Virus record (IMG/VR): IMGVR_UViG_3300006925_002811
Reading direction: 5' to 3' (one strand)
DNA length: 20,000 bases
Origin: an uncultured virus (IMG/VR IMGVR_UViG_3300006925_002811)
Taxonomy: Duplodnaviria > Heunggongvirae > Uroviricota > Caudoviricetes
Positions within the stretch are counted from its first letter, which is position 1. Each line of letters starts with the position of its first letter. Positions 8,561-16,508 of the stretch are shown one piece after another. The translations under genes were made by a program, and so were the position numbers. The notes under the pieces are model-generated. The model did no database searches, was not told where the DNA came from, and worked only from the letters and a program-made list of their open reading frames with translations.

Positions 8561-8839
8561 TTAAGAAAAACTAAAAGATCTTAGTGATTCCAGTGGTAAA
8601 TCATTAAAACTTAGTTCAAATAGGCCTGCGTCAGTGGGTTGGTTAAATTGTGCTTCTATTATAATTTTAGGCGTGTAGCCGTCAACGTCCCAGGTACGCA
8701 CAAACTCTACATTAACTTCCTTATTAGAACTTTGCCATTTAAAGAAAGGTCGCAATGTAGATTGTACCATATCATCTAATATCCAATCTTCTACAGAATC
8801 GTTATATCGGGCATCAAGTATTTTAACTCTTGTTTTCAT
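8561..8839 (-). CDS. Hypothetical protein
   Basis: 92-aa ORF overlapping the upstream gene, co-oriented with the - strand block. Confidence 0.7.
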   Translation of the reverse strand: MKTRVKILDARYNDSVEDWILDDMVQSTLRPFFKWQSSNKEVNVEFVRTWDVDGYTPKIIIEAQFNQPTDAGLFELSFNDLPLESLRSFSFS

Positions 8840-9023
8840 ACTTCTCTAATTTTTCAAACTCGCTAACATGTATGTAGATGTTTCCTTCAGCATTTACAAA
8901 TGTATGATACTGTTCTAATCTAAAGTTTTTAGTACGCTCATCAAGTAGGCCTACATTAAATTGTCTCATTACAAAAGAATGAAATTCATGTACTGTTAAT
9001 GCTTTGTAAGTTTCAGTTTCCAT
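8823..9023 (-). CDS. Hypothetical protein
   Basis: 66-aa ORF, TAATG-coupled to the upstream gene. Confidence 0.7.
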   Translation of the reverse strand: METETYKALTVHEFHSFVMRQFNVGLLDERTKNFRLEQYHTFVNAEGNIYIHVSEFEKLEKYENKS

Positions 9024-9451
9024 TACACTATTACCTTTACTAAGTTCATCATAACTGCCGTACCACTTATAGCACTACCAATCATAATTGCTTTGTCGTT
9101 CCAGCAATGTCCTACATACACCCAGGATATGGCGGCTAATAAATATGCAATTTGTCCTATTGTACTAAAGCCTGCACTCATTATAAACACACCTAATACT
9201 CCAAACACAGTTGCTACCCATTTTACATAACTGTCAACTGTTCCTGTTGGTGTTGCAGGTTTTAAGTCATCAACTTCAGTTTGTAGTACATCCATCTCTT
9301 CTTTGAGACGTTTACGTTCAGCATTTAATTCTAGAGCAAGACGTCCAGCACGACTCATTGTACTGTCTTTAAATTGCTCCTGTACGTCAGAACTTAATTT
9401 AGATTCTACTACTTCTTGTTCCACCTTACTCATCTCACTCATAACATCCAC
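9023..9451 (-). CDS. Small 3-TM membrane protein with N-terminal coiled coil (DUF6552-like); paralog of the adjacent gene
   Basis: ATP...YVKWVA...W-x-x-VG-x-x-W-x-D-K-A pattern shared with 9439-9759; three hydrophobic segments; start could be 9442. Confidence 0.7.
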   Translation of the reverse strand: MDVMSEMSKVEQEVVESKLSSDVQEQFKDSTMSRAGRLALELNAERKRLKEEMDVLQTEVDDLKPATPTGTVDSYVKWVATVFGVLGVFIMSAGFSTIGQIAYLLAAISWVYVGHCWNDKAIMIGSAISGTAVMMNLVKVIV

Positions 9452-9759
9452 GGACCTATATAATCCCTAAATAATGTTCTAGCAAAAAGCATTATGCCTA
9501 CGCCATTTAAAAGCATTAATGCTCTATCTTTCCAAAGTATACCTACAATCATCCATCCTGTTACACCAACTAAACTTAATACAAGATCATAAAACTGCAA
9601 ACCATCAATGCCTCGCAAACTCATACTTGACAGTATAAAACAACTGGCTATCCATTTGATATACCAACTTGCATCATACTTAGGTGTTGCACTTTTATAA
9701 ATTCTATTACTGTTAGCAATCTCTTCTGGATGAAATGTATTACCTTTCTTGTTTTTCAT
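9439..9759 (-). CDS. Small 3-TM membrane protein (DUF6552-like)
   Basis: SATPKYDASWYIKWIAS...GWMIVGILWKDRALMLLN; three hydrophobic segments; ATG at 9759 (MKNKK) preferred. Confidence 0.75.
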   Translation of the reverse strand: MKNKKGNTFHPEEIANSNRIYKSATPKYDASWYIKWIASCFILSSMSLRGIDGLQFYDLVLSLVGVTGWMIVGILWKDRALMLLNGVGIMLFARTLFRDYIGPWML

Positions 9760-9919
9760 AATTCTCTGTTCCACTTGGTGGATTCCTATCAGTTCCGTTT
9801 GAACCTTTGTGTTCTTTTTTCTTACCCCAAATGCGTTCCCAACTATCTGCGTACTTGTCTTGGTCCTTGCTTATTTTTGACTTTATACTGTCTCCAGTTA
9901 TGTCATTCTTACTTGTCAT
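9740..9919 (-). CDS. Small hypothetical phage protein
   Basis: MTSKNDITGDSIKSK...YADSWERIWGKKK; start at 9919 overlaps the end of the upstream Zn-finger ORF. Confidence 0.65.
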   Translation of the reverse strand: MTSKNDITGDSIKSKISKDQDKYADSWERIWGKKKEHKGSNGTDRNPPSGTENYEKQER

Positions 9920-10082
9920 TTTCCGTTTGATCCTTTTTAGCATTTAACTTTTCGAATGTTTTAGAATACCATTCGTTGCTACAATATGCATCACAGAAAA
10001 CATGCTCCTGATCAGCAGTATAGTATTTAACATTATTTAAGTCAACTATTTTACCACATGTTGAACATGGTAATTGCCTCAT
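9909..10082 (-). CDS. Small Cys4 metal-binding protein (TRASH/YacG-like finger), 57 aa; not in the ORF track
   Basis: Hand translation MRQLPCSTCGKIVDLNNVKYYTADQEHVFCDAYCSNEWYSKTFEKLNAKKDQTENDK; CxxC...FCxxxC; ATGA overlap with the upstream ORF. Confidence 0.75.
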   Translation of the reverse strand: MRQLPCSTCGKIVDLNNVKYYTADQEHVFCDAYCSNEWYSKTFEKLNAKKDQTENDK

Positions 10083-10237
10083 GCTAAATTTTCTGTATCT
10101 ACAGTAACAGGAGCATCATAATACATTTCTTGGAATGTATCTAGTGTCCTGTTTGCTTTGCCTGAGATATAGCCTCCAGCAATTATTATTGCTATCAGTA
10201 AAATTATAATTATTTTTTCTGTTGTAGTTGCGTTCAT
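10079..10237 (-). CDS. Small single-TM protein, 52 aa; not in the ORF track
   Basis: Hand translation MNATTTEKIIIILLIAIIIAGGYISGKANRTLDTFQEMYYDAPVTVDTENLA; TAATG and ATGA coupling at both ends. Confidence 0.7.
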   Translation of the reverse strand: MNATTTEKIIIILLIAIIIAGGYISGKANRTLDTFQEMYYDAPVTVDTENLA

Positions 10238-10689
10238 TATTTTCCTATGTGCTTAACTTCGTTTTTGGGTACTACTTGATATGCACCTTTATTGTATGCT
10301 GGTGCAATAGTGTATGTAGAACTAATCTTTTGTTTTTCTCTCTGCCACTCTGCATTCTCACCGTCACCTTTGCTACTAGTCGGCATAGACCCACTCATAG
10401 GATATTTAGCATTAAACTCTTCTATGCGTTGTTGTGCATATGACTTCTGAGGTCTGTAATGTGTCCTATCTGCCCTGACATCTTTCTTAGGCTGTAAACC
10501 GTAACAATACTCTATGTACTGATCTAGTGTCTCGTACCTAAAGGCATGCATGTTATTGCGTTTACAATGTTTGTTATGTTTGCGCCACCTTAGTTCAAGC
10601 TCAGCCATTTTAGCCTTAGTCATCTTAGGCAACTTGCGTGTTTTACGAGTGTTTATGGTACTCAAACCTTGTTGCAAATGCATAGTCAT
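10237..10689 (-). CDS. Basic hypothetical protein of large myophages
   Basis: 150-aa Lys/Arg-rich ORF with C-terminal TIAPAYNKGAYQV motif; AGGAG SD and its own sigma70-type promoter. Confidence 0.8.
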   Translation of the reverse strand: MTMHLQQGLSTINTRKTRKLPKMTKAKMAELELRWRKHNKHCKRNNMHAFRYETLDQYIEYCYGLQPKKDVRADRTHYRPQKSYAQQRIEEFNAKYPMSGSMPTSSKGDGENAEWQREKQKISSTYTIAPAYNKGAYQVVPKNEVKHIGK

Positions 10690-10693
10690 AAAA

Positions 10694-10741
10694 AAACTCC
10701 TGTTACAGCATATAGTATAACAGGAGTTTAGTGTTTGTCAA
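10694..10741 (-). promoter_or_regulatory. Sigma70-type promoter overlapping a 12-bp inverted repeat that contains the RBS
   Basis: - strand TTGACA-16 nt-TATACT with extended -10 TG; inverted repeat AAACTCCTGTTA/TAACAGGAGTTT (10694-10729) followed by a T run. Confidence 0.75.
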
Positions 10742-10744
10742 GTA

Positions 10745-10906
10745 TTATTTTATTAGAATAGAAACAGTAAACATTAATAATGATACTGTCCCTAAAAAAA
10801 TAATAGCGACAAGGAGTGCAAAGAACAGTATTCCGCCAGGGCTAATATTCTCAGGCTCTCGTTTTTTGCCGACGCCAAGTACGGCACTAATTGCTTCTTT
10901 AATCAA
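10745..10906 (-). CDS. Small membrane protein, DUF2970-like, 53 aa; not in the ORF track
   Basis: Hand translation from TTG: MIKEAISAVLGVGKKREPENISPGGILFFALLVAIIFLGTVSLLMFTVSILIK; TTGA overlap with the upstream stop. Confidence 0.6.
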   Translation of the reverse strand: MIKEAISAVLGVGKKREPENISPGGILFFALLVAIIFLGTVSLLMFTVSILIK

Positions 10907-11082
10907 AATATTATTTGATTTAAGCCCATCACAGCCAACATCATTCCAAATACTAATAATTGAACTACTGCTGGTATTACCACAAACATCACCAATGGAT
11001 TAAAATCCATTCGGTTCCAATAATCTTCTTCTCTCCAGGCTATTGCTTCTTCTGGAGTTGCATCACGTACTTCATATCTCAT
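10903..11082 (-). CDS. Small single-TM protein, 59 aa; not in the ORF track
   Basis: Hand translation MRYEVRDATPEEAIAWREEDYWNRMDFNPLVMFVVIPAVVQLLVFGMMLAVMGLNQIIF. Confidence 0.7.
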   Translation of the reverse strand: MRYEVRDATPEEAIAWREEDYWNRMDFNPLVMFVVIPAVVQLLVFGMMLAVMGLNQIIF

Positions 11083-11083
11083 A

Positions 11084-11182
11084 TTATAATCCTGTAGGCG
11101 TGAGTGCTAATATACTAACAAAGAAAGTTAATGCTAATGTAAAAACTTCTAAGTTCTCTTTTAATTTTTCTAAATTTAACAT
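11084..11182 (-). CDS. Micro-protein with one TM helix, 32 aa; not in the ORF track
   Basis: Hand translation MLNLEKLKENLEVFTLALTFFVSILALTPTGL; tiles between its neighbours. Confidence 0.55.
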   Translation of the reverse strand: MLNLEKLKENLEVFTLALTFFVSILALTPTGL

Positions 11183-11301
11183 ATTACAAATAATCGAGTT
11201 TCATGACCACGTTGTTCTAAATCTCGTAGAGCACGATTCACTCCTGCAACATCATACTGAAGAGCGAATAAGAGTACTGACATACAAATAACTCGTGACA
11301 T
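11176..11301 (-). CDS. Putative micro-protein, 41 aa; not in the ORF track
   Basis: Hand translation MSRVICMSVLLFALQYDVAGVNRALRDLEQRGHETRLFVIC; downstream of ATAAATA at 11353-11359; no clear SD. Confidence 0.45.
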   Translation of the reverse strand: MSRVICMSVLLFALQYDVAGVNRALRDLEQRGHETRLFVIC

Positions 11302-11407
11302 GAAAACCCAAGGTTTATGATATACAGAATTGTTATATCATTTTATAAACGATATTTATGACAGGATAACAGATATGTTAAGTAAACAGGTTCGTTTTAG
11401 TCTATTT

Positions 11408-11836
11408 TTATTTTGGGGGATTGTTGTGGAGGCGATGTGTTTTCTTTTCGCCCCAATTTTCAATGGCTTCTTTGATTGACTCTTCTGCTAGAATTGAACA
11501 ATGTAGTTTCAATGCAGGAAGTTCTAAGGCATCTGCTATGTCTTTGTCCTTGACTTGTTGTGCTTGTTCGATTGTCATGCCTTTAAGCATTTCAACAAAC
11601 ATAGTCGAACTTGCAATAGCACTACCACAACCATATGTTTTGAATTTTACATCTTCAATAACATCTGTGTCAGGATTAATTTTCAAGTCCAACTTCATTA
11701 CGTCACCACATGCTGGTGCGCCAGTCATGCCAGTAGCAACATTTGGATCTTTTGGATCAAACCTACCAACACCATGTGCTTCAGGATTATGAAGTACATT
11801 TTTAAATCTGTCTACAACTTTATTTGAATATGCCAT
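11408..11836 (-). CDS. iscU: Fe-S cluster scaffold protein IscU
   Basis: MAYSNKV, GAPACGDVMKL, FKTYGCGSAIASS, KLHCSILAE: all three Cys plus Asp and His ligands present. Confidence 0.96.
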   Translation of the reverse strand: MAYSNKVVDRFKNVLHNPEAHGVGRFDPKDPNVATGMTGAPACGDVMKLDLKINPDTDVIEDVKFKTYGCGSAIASSTMFVEMLKGMTIEQAQQVKDKDIADALELPALKLHCSILAEESIKEAIENWGEKKTHRLHNNPPK

Positions 11837-11851
11837 AATAATATTTATCTA

Positions 11852-13123
11852 TTAGTGTGCGTTCCATTTAACTTTACTAAAATCAACACCGTCTAAATAC
11901 ATATCCCATAAAGGTGATAGTATTCTAAGTTTTTCAATAACATTGAGCATTGTTTCGGCAACACTATCAACTTCTTCTACAGTAGTTGTTCTTCCAAAAC
12001 TAAACCTAATACTACTGTGTGCTAACTCGTCATCTCTGCCAATAGCTCTAAGTACATAACTGGGCTCTAAACTAGCACTTGTACATGCACTACCACTGCT
12101 TACAGCAACGTTGTCTAGTGCCATAATCAAAGACTCGCCTTCTACAAAGTTAAAACTTATGTTGAGTATGTTTGGTACTTTGTGATCTAATGAGCCATTA
12201 ATATATGTTTCTTCTATACCTATAAGTTTTTCTAGTAATCTATCATGCAACATTTTAACATGTTGTTTATTTTCTTCCATTTCAAGCCTAGCATACTTAA
12301 ATGCTTCACCCATTCCTACAATTTGATGTGTAGGTAATGTTCCGGACCGCATACCTCTTTCGTGTCCACCACCGTGTATTTGTCCTCTTAATCTTACTCT
12401 TGGCTTTTTTCTAACATACAATGCACCAATACCTTTTGGACCGTATGTTTTATGAGCAGATAAACTCATTGCGTGTACTGGCAGTTCTTGTAAGTTGAAG
12501 TCTATTTTACCAGTTGCCTGTGCGGCATCAACATGAAACATAATTTTATTTTCAAAACAAAACGCACCAATCCCTTCAATATCATTGATTGTGCCCATCT
12601 CATTATTGATATACATAATGCTAACAAGTATAGTATCGTCTCTAACAGCATCTATAACCATTTGTGCTGTAACTATACCATCTTCATTAGGATCTAAGTA
12701 TGTAACTTCAAAGCCTTGGCGTTCTAATTCTCTGCAAGGATCTAATACTGCTTTATGTTCTATTTTACTGGTTATAATGTGTTTGCCATTAGTTTCATAA
12801 AATTGTGCTATACCTTTAACAGCAAGATTATCTGCTTCAGTGGCTCCACTAGTAAAAATTATTTCTTTAGGATCTGCACCAATTAAGTCTGCTACATTCT
12901 TTCTAGCAGTTTCAACGGCCTCATCTGCTGTCCAACCAAAACTGTGACTTCTACTTGCTGGGTTACCAAACTCTCCATCTTCAGTCATGTACTTAACCAT
13001 AGATTCAACTACACGTTTATCGCAAGGTGTAGTAGAAGCATAGTCCATGTAAATTCTATCCCCAGTAGGCTGGGCCTTGGTGTCTATTGTTGCTGTTATA
13101 TCTCTATGTTGTTTATGATCCAT
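11852..13123 (-). CDS. iscS: Group I cysteine desulfurase IscS
   Basis: [26 protein letters not shown] (PLP Lys), SSGSACTS catalytic loop, proteobacterial-type C-terminus [18 protein letters not shown]. Confidence 0.97.
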   Translation of the reverse strand: MDHKQHRDITATIDTKAQPTGDRIYMDYASTTPCDKRVVESMVKYMTEDGEFGNPASRSHSFGWTADEAVETARKNVADLIGADPKEIIFTSGATEADNLAVKGIAQFYETNGKHIITSKIEHKAVLDPCRELERQGFEVTYLDPNEDGIVTAQMVIDAVRDDTILVSIMYINNEMGTINDIEGIGAFCFENKIMFHVDAAQATGKIDFNLQELPVHAMSLSAHKTYGPKGIGALYVRKKPRVRLRGQIHGGGHERGMRSGTLPTHQIVGMGEAFKYARLEMEENKQHVKMLHDRLLEKLIGIEETYINGSLDHKVPNILNISFNFVEGESLIMALDNVAVSSGSACTSASLEPSYVLRAIGRDDELAHSSIRFSFGRTTTVEEVDSVAETMLNVIEKLRILSPLWDMYLDGVDFSKVKWNAH

Positions 13124-13124
13124 G

Positions 13125-13565
13125 TTATCCGAAGTCTTTTAGCATTTTACGAATTTCTAGAGCATGTTGCTCTTCCATTCCAATTTGGCCTCTTGCATAT
13201 TCTTCTAACATTATACTTGCATCAGCAACTTCTGTCAATAACTTTTTATACATTTCAACTGCTGACACTTCGTGATCTAAACTTTCTTGCAATATCTGTA
13301 ACACACTATGATCATGATTTTCTTCAATGTGTGCAATTTTTTGACTTGGGTGTCCACCAAAGCCTGTGATGTATTCACCTGCTTGTAAGGCGTGTGCTAA
13401 ACTTTCGTTTGCTTGTTCTTGCAGGAATGCCACAATAGGAATTCTGTTAGGCCCTGTAATCATTAATGAACTATGAGCATATCTAACTACTCCAGCCATT
13501 TCTAACTCTACTATTTTATTTAGTATATCGCATACTGCGGTTGTATTCAGGTCTCTCAATTCCAT
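13125..13565 (-). CDS. Ferritin-like / bacterioferritin-family protein
   Basis: Four-helix-bundle pattern ELE...ESLAH...GGHP...DHE...EEQH. Confidence 0.85.
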   Translation of the reverse strand: MELRDLNTTAVCDILNKIVELEMAGVVRYAHSSLMITGPNRIPIVAFLQEQANESLAHALQAGEYITGFGGHPSQKIAHIEENHDHSVLQILQESLDHEVSAVEMYKKLLTEVADASIMLEEYARGQIGMEEQHALEIRKMLKDFG

Positions 13566-13571
13566 GTATCC

Positions 13572-14021
13572 TTATTTTCCCGGTAAGCCTGCTTCTATAA
13601 ACTTACCTATTGTTTCTATATCTTTATCAGACAACATGCCGGCCTGTGCCCACATAGTGGAACTCATTGCACCTACTTGTCCTCTGTTCTTGTAAGTGTT
13701 AAGTCTGTCCACAATATATGCTGAACTTTGTCCAGCAAGTTTTGGGAATACTGCCATACCTTCACCTGCCTGTCCGTGACATGCGGCACAACCTGCCCAT
13801 AAACTTCTGATGTCACTAAACTCGTCTAAGTTAGCCAATGCTTGTTTGCGTTGTTCTATCTCAGATGGTGTACCGTTAAGTGCTACATAATCTACATAGC
13901 ATTGTCCAGTACAACTACTATTGCTGGATGCTCCAGTGTATTCTAAATTTGGATATACTTTAGCAACAAAAAACATACTTATTGCTAGACATCCTAATAA
14001 CGTCATTCCTAATTCTCTCAT
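13572..14021 (-). CDS. Membrane-anchored or exported mono-heme c-type cytochrome (c553/c4-like)
   Basis: N-terminal hydrophobic helix, CAACHG heme motif, FPKLAGQ, distal Met region MSSTMWAQA, LSDKDI. Confidence 0.9.
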   Translation of the reverse strand: MRELGMTLLGCLAISMFFVAKVYPNLEYTGASSNSSCTGQCYVDYVALNGTPSEIEQRKQALANLDEFSDIRSLWAGCAACHGQAGEGMAVFPKLAGQSSAYIVDRLNTYKNRGQVGAMSSTMWAQAGMLSDKDIETIGKFIEAGLPGK

Positions 14022-14797
14022 TTCTCTCCGTCGTAATACTCAAGACGTTCAATATCGTCTTCAGTTGTTTCTTCGCCATATTGTATTTCTATAATATGAC
14101 ATGGTCCATCAGTTTTATTTATTACCTGATGCCAATCTCCACGTTTAACTGTAAAAGAATCATCAGTTTTTAATTGATGTATTGTAAAATGCTCAGGTTC
14201 TCCCGGGGAATATTTAATTTCACACTCGCCTTTGCTGATAAACCAAGATTCACTACGTTTAAAGTGTCTTTGATAACTTATCCCTTTACCTGGTTCTATA
14301 ATTAGTTCTTTTACTTTTACTGCCGTGTCTTGGAACAAGTCTGAAAACTCTCCCCACACACGGCGCTCGGTTGGATACTTCCACTCTTTCAAGATCCAAC
14401 TACTGCTGTTGGCTTTGTTATCTCCACCAACTGCAAATTCGAAACTGTAACCTTCAACTGACATTTCTGGAATGTTGTCTTTCTTTCTATCACCTCCGTT
14501 ACAAAAGACATATTCGTGATGTTGTCCGAATGCATTCCTGACATCTATCAAGCCTTTGGTTACACTTCCGTCTGCATCGTCTACCCCGTACACATTATCA
14601 ACCATGTCCATACGTTGTAGGATTAAAGCACGTTCTTCAAAAGGCATAAAAGGTCTGCCTTTCTTTCTTGTTAGCCAGTCATCACTGTTTACTAAAACAA
14701 CAAGTTTTTCACCATACGCTGATGCTGACTCTAATAAATTAATGTGTCCACTATGTAATGGATCAAAGCCGCCGCTGACTACAACGATCTTTGACAT
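14018..14797 (-). CDS. Cytidylyltransferase-like (HxGH) domain fused to a cupin (mannose-6-phosphate isomerase type II-like) domain
   Basis: SGGFDPLHSGH, NSDDWLTRKKG, NGGDR, NSSS; C-terminal RVWG...SYQRHFKRSESW...WHQ...IIEIQYG...EDDIER. Confidence 0.88.
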   Translation of the reverse strand: MSKIVVVSGGFDPLHSGHINLLESASAYGEKLVVLVNSDDWLTRKKGRPFMPFEERALILQRMDMVDNVYGVDDADGSVTKGLIDVRNAFGQHHEYVFCNGGDRKKDNIPEMSVEGYSFEFAVGGDNKANSSSWILKEWKYPTERRVWGEFSDLFQDTAVKVKELIIEPGKGISYQRHFKRSESWFISKGECEIKYSPGEPEHFTIHQLKTDDSFTVKRGDWHQVINKTDGPCHIIEIQYGEETTEDDIERLEYYDGEK

Positions 14798-15223
14798 TTA
14801 TCGTAAACCGGATGATCTAAGATGTCTATCAACAGCAGACTTCTTATCTGAATACTTCCTTCTCTTACGTTTGGATTTCATAAACGCAAACCCTGATACT
14901 TCTTGTAGTGGTGCCTCACCTGAGTAGATTTTTTTGTTCTCTTCTCGTTGTGTTCTTTTGATTGCGGCATCTTTTCGTCTTTTACGTTTAGCACTAGGCT
15001 TTTCGTAAAACTCTCGTTTTGCTAATTCTTTTTGCCTATCTGCATTTTCTAAAATTTTCTTTAGTTTTCTGATAGCACCATTAACATCACCGTTTCTAAC
15101 TTCAACACTAGCACCCTTGAACTTATCTAAAAAGTTCTCTTCTTTTCTAGGACCTTTCTTATTATTGAACGACTTTTTAAAGTTGTTCCCGGTGTTCTTG
15201 CCCCAGTTATTTTTGTTTGCCAT
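14798..15223 (-). CDS. rpsU: Phage-encoded 30S ribosomal protein bS21 with long basic N- and C-terminal extensions
   Basis: Core VEVRNGDVNGAIRKLKK...ELAKREFYEKPSAKRKR matches the bS21 pattern. Confidence 0.88.
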   Translation of the reverse strand: MANKNNWGKNTGNNFKKSFNNKKGPRKEENFLDKFKGASVEVRNGDVNGAIRKLKKILENADRQKELAKREFYEKPSAKRKRRKDAAIKRTQREENKKIYSGEAPLQEVSGFAFMKSKRKRRKYSDKKSAVDRHLRSSGLR

Positions 15224-16484
15224 ATATTCCTCGGTATATTCTATAGTTAGTGTCTATCACTGTTTGTCCATTATCGTATTTTAATAATGGAAAATTTTGT
15301 TCTTCTACTGGATATTTATGAAACTCTATCTCATTCACACCCTGTTTTCTGAGTAGTGGTGCCCTGTACATTATACTCAATAATGTATTCTCTATCAACG
15401 TCTTAAGTCCTCTAGCACCTAACTCCGACCTGCTGGCAATCTTTGCCACTTCGTCTAAATACTCTTTACCTATGTTAAGATTTATATCATCAAGACTTAT
15501 AAGTTCTTTGTATTGATCAACAATATTGTTATCAACTGTATCTAATATTTGTCGTAAATGTTGTTGGTTTAATTCCTCAAGTACTGCTATAACAGGTACC
15601 CTACCAACTAGTTCAGGTATAAGACCATATTGTACAATGTCTTGAGGTGTTGTTTGATTGAGTATAGTATTCTTTTCTTCGGTTGTAATAAGTTTGGAGC
15701 CAAATCCTATTTGAGAATTTTTAGTTATGTTTTTAGAAACAATTTTGTCTAGTCCTACAAACGCACCACCTAATATAAACAATACGTCTTTTGTATCAAA
15801 TTCTATTGTGCTGTCTTGAAACTTAGTATTAGACTTACTTGTTTTAATCTTAACTATAGTACCTTCTATCAGTCTTAAGAGTGCTTGTTGTACTCCCTCA
15901 CCACTAACATCGCGTGTAGAGGAGTTAGATTCGCTCTTACGGGCCTTTTTATCTATCTCGTCTATGTAAACTATACCCTTTTGTGCTTTATCGAGGTCCC
16001 AGTCAGCAATGCTCAGCAGACGCTCTAAGACGCTCTCTACGTCTTCTCCAACGTATCCTGCTTCAGTTAGTGTAGTTGCATCAGCAATAGCGAACGGTAC
16101 TTGTAATTTTTTAGCAAGTGTTTTAGCAAACAATGTTTTACCTGTTCCTGTTGGACCAACTAATAGTACATTTGTTTTATCTATTTCAATTGATGTCTGT
16201 CCTAGTATTCTTTTATAATGATTATAAGCACTAACTGATAACAGTTCTTTGGTATCGTTATGTGCAATTATATGTGAATCTAGAAACTGTTTAATATCTT
16301 GTGGATTAGGAAGGTCCTCTAACTTTAATGAATTTTCATTTGTTTCACCTGCTGAAACTACAATATCGTAACTCAATATGATACATTCATTGCAAATGTA
16401 AACATTTGGACCTGCAATAAGTTTGTCTACGTTGTCTCTATTTTTTCCGCAAAAACTACATTGCAGATTTTTATTATCTGGCAT
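15207..16484 (-). CDS. clpX: ATP-dependent Clp protease ATPase subunit ClpX
   Basis: Zn-binding CSFCGK...ICNEC, Walker A GPTGTGKT, pore-1 GYVG, Walker [24 protein letters not shown] loop, GARGL. Confidence 0.96.
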   Translation of the reverse strand: MPDNKNLQCSFCGKNRDNVDKLIAGPNVYICNECIILSYDIVVSAGETNENSLKLEDLPNPQDIKQFLDSHIIAHNDTKELLSVSAYNHYKRILGQTSIEIDKTNVLLVGPTGTGKTLFAKTLAKKLQVPFAIADATTLTEAGYVGEDVESVLERLLSIADWDLDKAQKGIVYIDEIDKKARKSESNSSTRDVSGEGVQQALLRLIEGTIVKIKTSKSNTKFQDSTIEFDTKDVLFILGGAFVGLDKIVSKNITKNSQIGFGSKLITTEEKNTILNQTTPQDIVQYGLIPELVGRVPVIAVLEELNQQHLRQILDTVDNNIVDQYKELISLDDINLNIGKEYLDEVAKIASRSELGARGLKTLIENTLLSIMYRAPLLRKQGVNEIEFHKYPVEEQNFPLLKYDNGQTVIDTNYRIYRGIYGKQK

Positions 16485-16508
16485 TTATTCATTAACCTCT
16501 GTTTTTAT

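Noticed and set aside
10731..11291. + strand ORFs 10731-11003 and 11043-11291
   Set aside because: Shadows of the tiled - strand micro-ORFs, which follow the local gene orientation and show translational coupling
5334..16484. Interpretation as a bacterial chromosome segment
   Set aside because: Housekeeping-like genes lack their normal operon partners (clpX without clpP, clpS without clpA, iscSU without iscR/iscA/hsc), are mixed with phage-type hypothetical and structural genes, and are preceded by T4-type late promoter motifs; no hallmark capsid or terminase gene is in the window, so viral origin remains an inference
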